Shown: positions 12,947 through 26,699 of the stretch, in pieces
Layout: each line of letters begins with the position of its first letter
Position numbering within the stretch: the stretch's first letter is position 1
Assembly: GCF_963676685.1 (NCBI RefSeq)
Contig: NC_092349.1
Location: 80,724,001 to 80,788,000, forward strand
DNA: 64,000 bases
Origin: Mytilus edulis
Lineage: Eukaryota
Direction of reading: 5' to 3'
Notes under the pieces: generated by a model
What the model was told of the DNA's origin: nothing
What the model saw: the letters and a program-made list of their open reading frames with translations, nothing else
Database searches by the model: none
Position numbers and translations under genes: made by a program

Positions 12947-13660
12947 GGTAGCACAATACAAAGATTTTTCATCCCCAATCAGACATCTTTAAACTGATGT
13001 AATTCCACTCATACTTCTATAAATTTTATAAATGAGAAACCAAAAGAAAGAAAAAAGATTAATCTTTCAAATTGTGATAGTTTCATTATGACATAATTAT
13101 AACATAATCAATTGTTATGTAACTAGTTGGTATATTGTGATGTCCATACTTGAATTAATTTAGCTTCTTTGTTATTCATAGCATCCCAAAATATTTTATT
13201 GATTCTTGCACAACACAGTTTGACCTCCAAAACTGTGTCTCAGATTTTTCCTATTGTATTTCATTCTCTCATAAATCTTCAATGAAGTTTGCAACATCAA
13301 TTCATAAGAGATCACTAAATTCAATTGGGTATCAAATTTGTTCTATTGATGTTTTTGGAAATCTGAGACACAGTTTTGGAGGTCAAGCTGTGTTTTACAA
13401 GAATCTATAAAAAATTTTGGAATGCCATGAAGAACAAAGACGCTAAATTCATTCAAGTGTAGACATCACAATATAGCAACTAATTACATAACAATTGATT
13501 ATGTAATAATTATGTCATAATGAAATTATAACAATTTGAAAGATTAATCTTTCTTCTTTCTTTTGTTACCTCATTTATAAAATATAAAGAAGGATAAAAT
13601 GAATTACATCAGTTTAAAGTTGTCTGATTGGGAGTGACAAAATCTTTGTATTGTGCTACC
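12947..13660. mobile_element. Foldback non-autonomous DNA transposon, TTAA TSD (Kolobok-like)
   Basis: TTAA|GGTAGCACAATACAAAGAT...ATCTTTGTATTGTGCTACC|TTAA with ~300-bp imperfect TIRs (12947-13248 / 13357-13660). RR..YY termini with a TTAA TSD fit Kolobok. Confidence 0.85.
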
Positions 13661-14394
13661 TTAATGTGAACCTCGAAAACAAAACCTATGTCATTTGAAA
13701 GGTATCTGCCTATAAATCTGATATTCGGATATTTAAGGGAGCTCGCAGGTAAAAATCTTTTTTTTTTTTAATATAGGATTTCGCTATTTTTTCTATAAAA
13801 TAAACTTTATCCTATACTAAATAGAAGAAAATTCTTAATATTGGGTCACCGTTCATTTAAACTCACAATCTGCCTTCGAAAGAAGCTTGCATTTTTGTTA
13901 TGGTACTTTTTTCTATTGAACTAATAGGAGAAGAAATGTAATATCGAAATAAAAAAATTATGAGTAAAAAAAGTAAATTCATATGCAAAAAATGTCATTG
14001 TTTTCACTAAAGGGAGATAATTTGGAGCTTTTTCAATGATATAAACATTTTAAAAGTCATATGGGGCCAAAATGAATCAGTTCTTTAGTTGATTTTAATA
14101 CCATAAGTAAAAACTAATAGTGTAATAAAAAAACATTTGTATAGATAAATAAAAATCCCGTTTTTTTTCACATCGAGCCTGCTTTATGTATCAGTTAATA
14201 AGCTGTCACCCGCACCTAAGACATCATTGTGGTGATTACCATCTAAATTTTGGCATATGGGAAACATGGTGTTCGATATATACTATTCTATCCTAAAAAT
14301 CGGATTGCAGATTATTTACTGCAAGTCAAATAAAGCTTTTATGTAGTGGAAAATGGTAATATCCTAGATATACTTAATGGAAATGTAATGAGAT

Positions 14395-14535
14395 AAATAA
14401 CGATGTAAATGTTCTCTTCGACAACATCTATGAGCGTTTCGCCAATAGGGTCTATCGACAGCTTGTAAACATTCCTAGCTGCACCTATTGCACCCCTTTA
14501 ATGACAGATTTGTTCTTATATTTTTATGAAAGAAA
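14395..14535 (+). pseudogene. Penelope-like reverse transcriptase relic
   Basis: Translates as LFDNIYERFANRVYRQLVNIPSCTYCTPLMTDLFLYFYE, resembling the PLE RT motif (DNI.V.F....Y.Q..GIPMGTNCAPL.ADLFLY.YE). Confidence 0.65.
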
Positions 14536-14677
14536 TTTATGGCTAAACTTAGTGAATCGTTCAATTAAGGAAATGTTTCAGCCCGCCATATTCATTAAGT
14601 ACATGTCAAACGTCAGGATTCTGTAATTCAGTGGTTGCCGATGGTTCATGTCTGTTATATTTCTATCGCAATATTTT

Positions 14678-15107
14678 GAAAGAGGGGCGAAAGATACCAG
14701 AGGGACAGTCAAACTCAAAGATCGAAATTAAACTGACAACGACATGGCTAAAAATGAAAAAAACAAAGATACAAATAAAAGTAAACATGACACAATTTAG
14801 AAAACTAAAGACTAAGCAACACGTACCCCACCAGAAACTGGGGGCGATCTTAATAGTCCCAGAAGGGGAAAGCAGAACCTGCTCCACATGTGGCACCCGT
14901 CGTGTTGCTCATGTTATTACAAATCCGATAGATAGTCTAATTTGGTAGATCACATTCATGAAATGGTAAGGGGACTGTAGTTACGACGTAAGGAACAAAT
15001 CCGATATCATATTGGAAACGGTTATTCCATAACGGCCAATCAACTTGTGATGGCGTCCGTGAAATTTACGAAGCGATGTTTTCAACTTCACCATTTGGAA
15101 CTCTTGA
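14678..15107 (+). repeat. Interspersed repeat (second copy ~53230-53520)
   Basis: Shared core CTCCACATGTG...CCGTCGTGTTGCTCATGT at ~14882-14915 and ~53351-53388. Confidence 0.6.
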
Positions 15108-16810
15108 TTCCTATGAATAAGGCCGGTAGTTTTTCGACGGTCATAAAAGTGAGAGGTTTAGCTAGCTATAAAACCAGGTTCAATTCATAATTATCTGCAT
15201 AAAAAACGCCTGTACCAAGTCAGGAATATGATAGTTGTTATACATTTGATTGATGTGTTTAAGCTTTTAATTTTGCCATTTGGTTAGGGACTTTCCATTT
15301 TGAAATTTTATCGGAGTTCAGTATTTTTATGATTTGACTTTTGAATATTTTCACAATTTTCCAGTCGGTGCCTTGAATAGCTCTATTATTTAAACACTTG
15401 TGGATACTAGTTTCATTTGCAATTATACTATATTCGTGCGTGTATGTTCGTTGTTATTCTGCGGGTTTTATGTTACTAATGTTCTATTGCAGTATTTATT
15501 GATGCGTGTCTGTGTGATTGGTGTTTTTGTATTTGTTCGTACTGTACGACTGTCACGCGGTGTTGACATTTTAGCGACATAATTTTTAACATTGCCATAA
15601 AAGCGGGAGGTATGACTAGCCATAAAAATAGGCATAAACAACTATTTAATCTAAAAATGCACTGTACTAAGTCAGGAATTTGGCAGTTGTTATTAAATAG
15701 TTCGTTTCTATATATGCTGTCGTTTGTGTTTGTTGCACTTCACTGTTTCTGTAACCCGCTGTTTTCCTCGTATAGTTTATGTGTTTACCCAGGTTTTAGT
15801 TTTTAACTCAATCGAGTTATTACTTTTGAAAAGCGTTACTATGCTGTTGCCTTTATTTACTACACCTTCTAATTTTATAGTGCTTGGATCGTCACAACGC
15901 AGTCTGCATGGAAAAATCAACTTACGGGTGATAGGTCATCAACAAAGAGAGGTGGCATAAATAGAAAGGCGTGCATCTTAAGCCGTTTTTAACCGTATTT
16001 TCGAAAGATAATCGAATAGTGATTTTGGGATGTACAGTCGGCTGCATAACAGTGCCAGTTCATTAACATGAAAACGCATTGACGAAATCTTTTCAAATTT
16101 AGGTATGTTCTCTTGTTTCCAGTAGCTAAAGGACGTTCAAGTTTGATTTTTACAATTTTAGCTGCTCTCTTTGTTGAGTTGCATACCTTTCAGTTGCAAA
16201 TTTGATTTTTATGCCCCCATTGTGGCGAAGAGGCATTAAGTTTTACTCTTGTCCGGCTGTACGTACGTACGTCCCAAAATTGGTTTCGGTTCTATAACTT
16301 TATTTTGCCTTAACCAAATATTATGACACTTAGACACATTGCTTATTGTCACAAAACACAGGTCAAATTTGAATTTTGGTGGCGTCGGCATACCTGTTTG
16401 AGAGTTATGTCCCTATAGTGGTCTTTACCAATTGAAAAATTGCTGGATTTTTCGTTTCCGTTCTATAACTTGAGTTTGCTTCAACCAAATATTTTAAAAC
16501 TCATACATAATGCTTATTACCTCATATTACAGATCAAGTTTTCAATTGGGTGGTGTCACTTTTACCGTTCTTGAGGTATATCTATTTATATACATACAAA
16601 TTGTTGTATTATTTTAATATCTTGGCCTTAAACATCACCGAAGAGACATTAATTGTCGAAATGAGGATGTTTTGATACTGTCGATTGACAATCGATAATG
16701 TAACATGTGTAAAAAACAGTACTAAAATTATTGTCTTTAACCTGTGAAATGAATTTGAATAATGATCAAGCAATGGGTTCAAATGGAACAAATAAACTAT
16801 GGACCCACCG

Positions 16811-17126
16811 ACATGTTTAACCCCACCACATTATTTATGTATGTGCCTGTCCCAAGTCAGGAGCCTGTAAATTCAGTGTTTGTCGTTTGTTTATGTGTTA
16901 CATATTTGTTTTTCGTTCATTTTTTTTTACATAAATAAGGCCGTTAGTTTTCTGGTTTGAATTGTTTTATATTGTCTTTTCGGGGACTTTTATAGCTGAC
17001 TATGCGGTATGGGCTTTGCTCATTGTTGAAGGCCGTACGGTGACCTATAGTTGTTAATGTCTGTGTCATTTTGGTCTTTTGTGGATAGTTGTCTCATTGG
17101 CAATCATACCACATCTTCTTTTTTAT
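16811..17126 (+). repeat. Abundant Mytilus-type interspersed repeat (other copies ~30165-30338, 57749-57893, inverted ~36315-36415, 62205-62400)
   Basis: Near-identical TTTTATAGCTGACTATGCGGTATGGGCTTTGCTCATTG...GTTGTCTCATTGGCAATCATACCACATCTTC in several places. It is absent from the paralogous site at ~35145. Confidence 0.75.
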
Positions 17127-18697
17127 AGGGACTCTGTCTAGGTGTTATACCACCAAATCATGGTACGTTACATACGGTTGTATATGAAAATAGGTCGAAA
17201 AAAATATTGCCTTGAATTTGACAGTTGTAGGTAATTAATCCTACATTTTATTGCTGTAAAAGATTTCTGTGTCATAAACATATGTCTTGGGTATTTCAAA
17301 GCACCATTATTTTTTTATTTGGGATTTCTATAGAATATTTTGTAATCTTGAGGTTACATGGTGACTAAACCTTGTACACAGATAAAATAAGGGGAGAAAT
17401 TTGATTGGTTTACTTCCAGTGATGGTTATTTTCTGATATGCAATGAAATGTATGTGAATTTTTTGCTACAGTACTGGACAGGATAAAACTTTACTCATGT
17501 ATTTCTTTATTTGAAACAAAGATTTTTTTTTTCAAGTGCAAATTTAACAAAGACTAATAGGGAAAAAACAAAGGTGGTATAACACCTAATAGGACTTTAG
17601 GGGATTAGTGAAGAGTTGTTATAGGAAAATTTTGAAACAAAGACAAGCTTTGAATATAACAAAATTTAACCATATATGTGACAAGCCATGATATTTTTAA
17701 GCAGGGTCAAAATGAGTTTCTGTATTTTATGAAGTTTACATAGATTAAAATCACTGGTATGTTATTGCTAGATTCTTTAAAATAACAGAACTATGGTCAT
17801 TTTTTTTATTTTCGATTTTATTAAAACTATAAATTTTTTTCTTCAATTTTCACATTTCCATCTATAATAGTTGCTTAGTCATATTGTGCTGTTTTAGGGT
17901 GAGGGGTTAAGTCTTGTTTTTTTATGAATTAAAATGTCTGCTTAAATAATTAGATAGTGGAAGTTTGTATTTTCTATATTACAAAAATAGCAAAATGTAA
18001 TCAAAATTATACTGAATTTACAATTTTTCTTTCTTTCGTGAGGATAACAACATCAATTCTTAGAAACGGCATATAAAGATATATAATTAACATCAACGAG
18101 CTGTGTATCATTTCATATGTTTCCTAATGTTCATCTACTTTCTTATCGAAAATACATTTTGTACTTGTAACCTGACAAAGCGATTAAATAAAAGATCTTA
18201 TGCAGAGTAAGATGAAAACCCAAACAGATCCAAACAGCATGATCAGTAGTATTAATTAGGGTATTTTGGTAAAAGGGATGTAAGACAACTTCCACCAACA
18301 TACACATTTGTTTACGCAATTTTTAGACTGTCATAGATAAAAAAATATATATATATATAAAAGGAATCAAACAAGGAATAAACATTGGATTAGACAATAT
18401 TGGGATCTTTATGGGCAGGTATATTTTGCTCGATTTACATGTGCCGGTATATGTTCATATTTTCCCTTACAAAGAGAAACAATGGGATTTACTCCAAAAA
18501 TTAAGTGTCCGTGCTGCAATCTTATTCGGAAAAAGTAATAATGTTTCGTGGTACTGTATCAATCAATCAATTGAATTGCAAAAAAATGATCTTATCTTAA
18601 CCCTAATAAAAGTACATCAGCGGCCAAAGTAGTTGTCAGTTCAATGATCATATGGGTGTAATGAACAAAAAAAGTTTTAATAATTACATGGTATTAA

Positions 18698-19307
18698 GGT
18701 AGATAGGGTGTCTTCCTCCATCTTGGATTTTGAAATACTAGAAAACAAGGTCTAGATCTTTGATGAAATGTGCAAATTTTTATAGTAGTAGGTAATTCAT
18801 GTGTAAGAATTTTCATTATAATATAGAAAATGCCATGTTTGATCATATTTATGATTGTATTTTACAAAAATAAGAATTCTTTTGTTTAATTCATTTTTTT
18901 CCAACTTTGTCAAATAAGGGGAGGCAACTCAAATGCAAGGGCAGATAATCCAGATAGTGTTACTTTTACAATAGACTGTGTTAGGAATTTACCAATTTTT
19001 ACATGTAGCAAGAAAACGAGTCCGGTGACCCCATTGTTTCTTTTTCTTATCTGAAAGCATAATATTGAAGCTATCTTCTCATATTTTATCTCAAAATTCT
19101 ATGGTGTGGTTTGCGTTTTATGGCGGAAAAATGGGTTTCCATGCATAATCTATACAAAATCTTGACAATTTTGAACAACCTGTAGTGTGAAAATAATTCC
19201 GGTGACCCATTCTTTTTATTAATGTTTTTAAACAAGCAGGATATGAACTACATTTTGGCAAATTATTAAAAGATTCTATGGATTATAATTTAAACACCCC
19301 ATCTACC
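18698..19307. mobile_element. Non-autonomous DNA transposon, TTAA TSD (Kolobok-like)
   Basis: TTAA|GGTAGATAGGGTGT...ACACCCCATCTACC|TTAA (13/14-bp TIR). The paralogous upstream region at ~31240 lacks the insertion. Confidence 0.85.
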
Positions 19308-19630
19308 TTAAATCAATGTGGTTTTTCTGTATGGCAAAGTATTGTAAATATGATAAGAAAGTAGTATGATTGTCAATGAGACAACTTTACAGGCCTCAGA
19401 ACACAATTATTCTTTCCCTTTTTTTTTTTTTTATTAAAGTCAAGTTAAATTAAAAAATTTGCACCGCTACGTACATGAAATAAATTCAACTGCTTATAGA
19501 CCATTATTATTCTAATACAATATGCTTGTCCCAGAACAACCCATCAGTGCTTTTTCTTTTGAGAGCCCCATTAAAATGCCAATGGTAGGATTTGGTTCTT
19601 GAATAAATGACAAAGGCTAATTTCTACCCT

Positions 19631-19680
19631 ACTTTCATTTTGGCCAAATCACTTCTTTCACTTTCAACATTAACTTTTTT
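19631..19680 (-). promoter_or_regulatory. ISRE-like motif upstream of the 20397 copy
   Basis: CTTTCACTTTC (GAAAGTGAAAG on -) at 19655-19665 plus a nearby ACTTTCATTTT. Confidence 0.45.
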
Positions 19681-20396
19681 CCATATGTTTTACTTATTTC
19701 AATATATATGTAACTGAAAGGACACTTAAATAGTAAACATTTCAAAGATAACAGCAGACAGATTACCTAGGAAGAAATACCCCATATAATAATTAGGAAA
19801 TATTTTCCTAGACCACGAACAAAGGGAATTAATTGTTATCTTAGGCCTACACAAGAGATCAAATGACACATAAATTAACAATTATAGATTACCTTATACG
19901 GCTTTCGAAAATGATCAAAACTCATTTCACTAAGTCATCTATAAAAGGCCCCGAAATGATATCAAGTAATCAGATAAATGAGGCTATGAGTTTTTCATGT
20001 AATGTTAATGGAATAGGTAAGCGAAAAAAAGCTGTCAATGCCTGTATTAAAGGTTGCACTTTGACCTAGAATGGTTTACTTGTACAAATTGTGACTTGGA
20101 TTGAAAGCTGTTTCAATGACACTTATGCCACATCTTATTATATATATAAAATCAAATTACAGCAAATATCATCCTGGAACTAGTAATTGTCCATATGCAT
20201 GTTGTATGTATATAATCTAAACAACATTGGGGTCATATTGACCCGACTTATTTCTATATAAAAAATATATATGAAGAACACCTATTTCTATTTTTAATTT
20301 TATATTTTGCTCTACACATTATTATGATAACATATCATGAAAAACGAAGATAAAAAGCTTAAATTTCACAATTGTCATTATTGTTTACATGTCGAA

Positions 20397-21509
20397 ATGG
20401 ATATAAATACAATGTTTAATAATTTTTATGTCAAAATGTCAAGAAACGAAACAAGCCAGAACGTTCATTTTGTGACGCCTCTTGTGCAAGACATTTTGCA
20501 GTACGTTCATGAATGGGACAAACGGTTTCAAATACAGACACTAAATGTTGGGAGTTATTATTTAAAGTGTCTCGAGCAGACGAATTTGATTATAGTGTAG
20601 TCTTAGAAGTTGGATCATCTCTAGATTGATGTATTGGAACACCATCTTATTAAGGATATAATGGTAGCAACGAAGTTGTTCGTTCATTGATTCCACTTCC
20701 GACAGCACCAACAGGACAATGCGTTACAGAGGTTCTAGGACTGACAAAAAAGATGGAATAATGAAGGTTTAAATGAAGGACCGGCTTGTTTGACACTTGA
20801 TAATCACATTATACCTATACGAGTGAAAAGAAGGTTCAAATCACTCGTCAGTGAAGCTATTAACCGACCAGACACTCGTCAGTATGTTGACGCAAGACGA
20901 TCATCCGAGTCACCTGCTACTACACTTATAACTTGCCATCCTAACATTGTCGGAGATCAAGTTAGTGTAAATCTTGCACCTCTTATAAAATCACATGCTT
21001 CTTTCAAATCAGAGTTTGAATGGCCTCGCCATGGGGGCCAGATGACCATCCCGTACAAAGATTGAAGAGATAAAAGCTGAAGGAATACATTTAGTTGCTA
21101 AACATCCATGTTACTGGTCTTTGTCATTTGTCATGTGCGAAAAGATATTGATAAATTGCATTGACTCGAATGGAACTTGCCGTAAAAAAAGTCAACGAAT
21201 AATGAAGAAACTTAGAGAAATGTGGTGTCCAAAAGGAACAAAACAAGAATTAACTTCATATCATCTTAAAAATATTCTTTTCTGGGAATGTGAAAGTCAT
21301 CCATTTGATTCAGAATGGGATAATGACAAGCTTTCTGAAAGAATTTCTTCAATGTGTTACCGGATCATAGAACACATACGATGTGGCAACCTGCCTCTCT
21401 ATTTTCATGAATGAGTCAATTTGTTGAAACATAGGGGCAAACACGATCTTCCCAAGGTTGAACAAAACATTTTGAGGTTTTGAATACTCCCGAACATTAT
21501 CTAATTTAG
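20397..21509 (+). pseudogene. cGLR pseudogene (multiple stops and frameshifts, third catalytic Asp->Asn)
   Basis: MDINTMFNNFY start. Homology is split across ORFs 20337, 20790 and 21121, with internal TGA/TAA codons. SVNLAP replaces SVDL. It ends PEHYLI*. Confidence 0.9.
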
Positions 21510-21970
21510 AAAATGATGTAAATTTTTAATATAATTTATATTGACAGATTTAAAAAAATGCTACACTAGGTTATTCTGTTTTATTCTCATTTTCAAATAA
21601 CCAATTTTTGTAAAATAAATGTATAAACATAAATTCAATCGATTTCTTAATTGTCTGAAAATACATAATTAAAATTATCATGATATGATATTTGTATGTC
21701 TGTTTTATCGAGCACTGCTTCGAGGTAAATATTTAAATTAAATCTTGATAATGTCTTGTTATGTATATGAAAAGTAAAAACATTAAACCATCATGGCACG
21801 ACTTCTGTATAAATTACCTGACATCATATCTGTCAGATTCTCGTCAGAAACAAAATGTACAACAATGGTCCACACAATACTTTGATTATACAAGTACATG
21901 GTTTATTCGTTGTTAAACATGTCAAAGACATTTCGGTCATACCAAAAAAAGCCAAAAAACTATTGAATAT

Positions 21971-22012
21971 CTTTCACTTTCACTTACAGTATTCATAAAT
22001 CTGATGAAAAGT
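21971..22012. promoter_or_regulatory. ISRE-like cassette
   Basis: CTTTCACTTTCACTTACAGTATTCATAAATCTGATGAAAAGT, homologous to 2801-2852. Confidence 0.55.
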
Positions 22013-22029
22013 TACATTGTGAATCGCTT

Positions 22030-22800
22030 GTACAATGGAATCCAATCAGAAAAGTTTGGGTTGTTAATGGAAAGAACATCATCAATATATCTGAAAGTGA
22101 AATTAAATTACCTGGCTTGTTTGATCTTCTTGTTTTTGACAAGTGCACACAGTTCGTTCCAATAGGAATGTGTACAATTTGTTGAAAAAGTCTACCTTTA
22201 ATTTCCACAAATATGTTGTCAATAGGAAACTCCAGCATACTGATCCCTTTTTGATCTATGTAGCATGTTTTACCTTTGTGTTCACTATTAACAAAATATG
22301 CCGTATTGTATCCCAAAGTAATAAATTTATAGCGTATGCTACCGTTTTATGTTGAAAAGCATTGTGGATTATTTTTATACGATTTTTAATTTCACATGGT
22401 GGTATGCAGGGTTGAAAAATCAAAAGTTTTGATAAAACCAGTTTCAGAAAAAGATCGAGATTAAAAATTATCTAGAAATTCTTAAGACTTTTTTTAGAAT
22501 CAACATATGGTTAATACCACTACTCGAGTAAACAGTTTCACAGTTTTTCTGAAGACCCTCTTTCATTGCGGATAGACATTTGATCAATCAAATGGGCAGT
22601 TCTTCAGAATAATGAGTCTTTAATTAACAGTGACAACATAGATCTGTCATCAGCAACGTTTTTTCTCAAATAACTAAGACAAGATAGGGAAAAATAAAGA
22701 AGACAAGGATGCTAATTCCATTTTTCTACAAGCATCGTTGTTTTGCTCATAAAACAATTTTGAAATCCAAAATAAATCTTTCTTGAACTTTGTTTGCAAT
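22030..22800 (-). pseudogene. Penelope-like reverse transcriptase relic
   Basis: The minus-strand ORF contains MLEFPIDNIFVEIKGRLFQQIVHIPIGTNC (PLE RT motif). The flanks are degenerate and the boundaries approximate. Confidence 0.7.
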
Positions 22801-24372
22801 TCTAATAAGAACTCGAAGAATAACTTTAACTTTGACTCAAATTATAACTCGATCTCTCTAGCTCAAAATTGAACTCGAACTTGATTGCAATGGCTAACTG
22901 CATTCATGGAGATTCACGAACACTTATAGTTATGGATAAATTGTATCATGCAAAATGATTGTACATTTGCTTATATAGCTGTCACATGTAACAAACGTGT
23001 GGAGAATACTGTATATGCAATCTATTGGCTGCAACAATGGTAACATTAACATCGGAATAGTTAACAGCTACTAGTATATGGGACAAACATTAAGTTGTTA
23101 CTGAAGGTTTGGGGACTTTGCACCTTATCATCAATTGAATCAGAATAATTAAGGTAGGGATATTTTCAATAATTGAAGGACCAACCCAAACCAAGCAACG
23201 TCAAGGTGTTTAGTTCTCCAAAGAAAAAATATTCCAAGGTATAAATAACATCACTAGCAATGTTTTGTTCCGAAATCGAGGACACCATCGAAATCGGTCG
23301 GTAGTTACCTGTGTCAATTTATCTATACTTTAAAATTAGAAACGGTTTCGAGATCTCTTAAAAGAAATATAACTTTTTAACATTTAATCAGTTATGTTGA
23401 GGCTGATTGATTACGCAATATAATGGAAGTTTATTTAAGTCCTTCCTAACATATAATTGTGTGTACAAATAATTTTAATAAAAGTACGTTCAATACAAAA
23501 TGGAAAAGAAATTTCAATTTAATATATTAATCTAGTTTTTCTAAACAGCTAATGGTTATGTTGATTAATTAGTTGATATATGTCCAATTGGGAGATATGC
23601 AAACGCATTTACGTTTTCTATATAAGATAAGGAAATGTGGTATTATTATAATAGTCAATTATTCAACATAATCCGAAGCAGTTGAAGGTCACTATACGGC
23701 TTTTCTTATGCTAGTATAAGTATCATAAAGTGCTTCAATTTCATCTTTATTTGGTTTATTGCTTTTCTTTTTAAAGTGAAACCACAAAAACACTTAACTC
23801 CGAGGAATAATTCAAAACTAAAGTCCTTTATCAAATGGCAAAATCAAAAGCTCAAACACATCAAACGAATGGACAACAACTTCATACTCTTGACTTGGTA
23901 CAGGCATTTTCCTATGTAGAAAATGGTGGATTGAACCTGGTTTTAAAGCTAGCTAAACCTCTCACTTGTAAGACAGTCGCTTAAAATTCCATTATATTGA
24001 AAACAATGTATGAACAAAACGAACAAAACGAACAGACGTAATAGGTAAACATGTCAAATATGTTAAGCGCATGTCCTTGGTGATTCCTCACGCAAGCTTA
24101 TTTCATACTGGATATGATGCTTGCTTATGGTGCACGAACACTAAACATTGTGCTTTCTATTCTTGTTATATCATTAACTCATGTTCCTCGTTTGAACCTG
24201 CTTTATCTTTTTGTATTACCAGTATATTAAGTCAACACGTTAATTGTGTTCAACATTGAACATTGAACTGATTTTCCCCACAGTGAGTCCTCTATATTGG
24301 AAATCTAGTCTATCTATCCATAATATACATTGCAACCTCATATACCCTTGTATCATACTTATTTTTAAAAAT

Positions 24373-24382
24373 GAAAATCCCC
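24373..24382 (-). promoter_or_regulatory. kappaB-like site
   Basis: GGGGATTTTC on -, ~120 bp upstream of ATG 24503. Equivalent sites precede the 39426 and 46996 copies. Confidence 0.4.
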
Positions 24383-24502
24383 TTTCCTATTTACACTATC
24401 GGAAATTTCTCGAAAGTGATAACATATTATATATATCTATATGTAAGAAGGCAGAAAAAGGAATTGATTTTTCATAATTGCAAGTAACGTTTACCTGTAA
24501 AC

Positions 24503-25628
24503 ATGGATAATGCAATGTTAAATAGATTTTATGAAGACAATGTGAAAATGACAAAAGACGAAACAAGCCAGAACATTGAAATTGTTATTCCTCTCGTCAA
24601 TGATATTTTGCAGTACGTTCACGAAAGAGACGGGCGGTTTAAAAAAACAACCATTGAATGTTGGTAGTTACTATTCCCGTCTAAAAGTGTCTCGAGCGGA
24701 CGAGTTTGACTATAGCGTAGTATTAGATATAGGATCATCTCTCGTTTGGGGTACCGTCACACCGGCTTATTATGGATATAACGAAAACAAAGAAGTGGTT
24801 CGTAAATCGATCTCACTACCTTTAGCTCCAACTGGAAAATCCTTTACACAGATTACAGGACTGACACAAAAATGGGATAATGAACGTTTAAATGAAGGAC
24901 CGGCTTGTTTGACAATTGGTGACCACCTTATACCTATAAAAGTAAAAAGGAGGTTTAAGACACTAGTTAGTGAAGCTGTGAATAGACCAAGAATACGCCA
25001 ACATGTCGACGCGCAAAGATTATCCGAATCACCTGCCGCTACTTTGACAATTCGTCATCCCAAAATTGCAGGAGAAACAATAAGCGTTGATCTCGCACCT
25101 CTTATTGAGGGACATCTTCCATTCAAACCAGAGTTTGGCTGGCCTAGACAAGGAGCCAGATGGCCGTCCTGGATGAAGATTGAGGAAATCAAAGCCGAAG
25201 GAATACACGAAGTTGCTAAAGATCCATTTCACTGGTCACTGTCATTTGTCATGTGCGAAAACAAATTGGTGGATGGAATGGATTCGAATGGAACTTGCCG
25301 TAAAAAGAGTCAACGGATAATGAAAAAACTTCGAGAAATGTGGTGTCCGAAAGGAACAAAACAAGAAATAACTTCGTACCATCTTAAAAACATTTTATTT
25401 TGGGAAGGTGAAAATCACCCAAACGATAGTGAATGGACTAATGACCAGCTTTCTGTGAGAATAGCGTCAATGTGTTACCTGCTCATAGGATACATACAGC
25501 GTGGCAACCTGCCTTTGTATTTCCATACAGGGGTCAATTTATTGATGAATAAGGACAGAGACGTTCTTACCCAGGTTGAACAGAACATATTCAGGTTTTT
25601 GAATAATCCCGAGCAATATCTAATTTAG
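24503..25628 (+). CDS. cGLR, full length (374 aa) apart from a +1 frameshift in an A7 run; intact gene with a sequence error, or a young pseudogene
   Basis: ATG 24503 MDNAMLNRFYEDNVKM...DGRFKK. The A7 at 24641-24647 sits where paralogs have 6 nt. The frame then continues open to TAG at 25628 with all motifs. Confidence 0.8.
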
Positions 25629-26066
25629 AATATGATGTAAATCGTTGATATATATTGACAGATTTTTAAAATGCAACACCAGATTTAATGTTTTATTCCC
25701 ATTTTCAAGTAGGCAATGTTCTGTAAAATAAATAGATTAAGATAAGTTTTATTAATTTGCTAATTGTCTGAAAATATATAATTTTAATAATATAATATTT
25801 GTATTGTCTGCTTTATCAAGTCCTACTTCGGAGTGAATAATAAAATCAAATCTTGATAATTTCTTCTTTTTTGATAATATCAAAACTGTACAAAATATTA
25901 AACTATTGCACGACTTCTGTATAATTCACCTGAAAAAAAAACTGTGTCAGATTTACTTAAGAAAACAAATGCAGAAACTATTTTAACATTTTGAATATAC
26001 ATGATATATCCGTTATTAAATGTTTACAAGATACAATCAGTCATACAAACAAAAATAATTTTGATT

Positions 26067-26115
26067 AACTTTCACTTTCATTTACAGTTTTCCTAAATCT
26101 GATGAAAGGTCAAGG
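26067..26115. promoter_or_regulatory. ISRE-like cassette
   Basis: AACTTTCACTTTCATTTACAGTTTTCCTAAATCTGATGAAAGG, homologous to 2801-2852. Confidence 0.55.
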
Positions 26116-26134
26116 TACAAGGAACAATATGATA

Positions 26135-26500
26135 AAAGCAAAATCACACAAATACTGAACTCCGCGGAAAATTCAAAAATAAAAGTCCATAATCAAATAG
26201 CAAATCTAAAGCTCAAACACATCAATCTATTGGACAACATCCAGCATATTCCTGACTTGGTATAGGCATTTTCTTATGTGGAAAATGGTGGATTAAATTT
26301 GGTTTCAAAGCTAGGTAAACCTCTCACTTGAATGACAGTTGCATAAAATTCCATTATATGACAACGATGTGTGGACAAAACAAAGAGACATAATCGGTAA
26401 AAATGTCAAAAATCGATTTACAGCAGACAACATTGTGTTAATATCGTAATCAATATAAAAAAAATATATAAACAAACATTTGCCATGACACAATAACCAC
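26135..26500 (+). repeat. Interspersed repeat family (copies ~11240-11530, 23775-24060; inverted ~15140-15345, 35730-35858, 52270-52415)
   Basis: Shared AAAGTCC..ATCAAATGGCAAAATCAAAAGCTCAAACACATCAAA...CCTGACTTGGTACAGGCATTTT core. Confidence 0.7.
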
Positions 26501-26699
26501 ATGATAACACAAAGAATCAGTTGTACAATTCATCCCGTCACTTACAAATGCATAAAAACTTGATTAGCTATGGGCATTGCTAGTACAGAATCGAAAAGAA
26601 TGTGAAATACTTTATTCTTAATTAATGAAACCACAAGATGCAATATGAGTTATAACAACAAACAAACTATTAGCTACTACTATTTATTTACGTATTATT

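Noticed and set aside
24636-24650. Programmed ribosomal frameshift at TTTAAAAAAA
   Set aside because: It would need a +1 shift, is not conserved in paralogs, and a homopolymer error is simpler.
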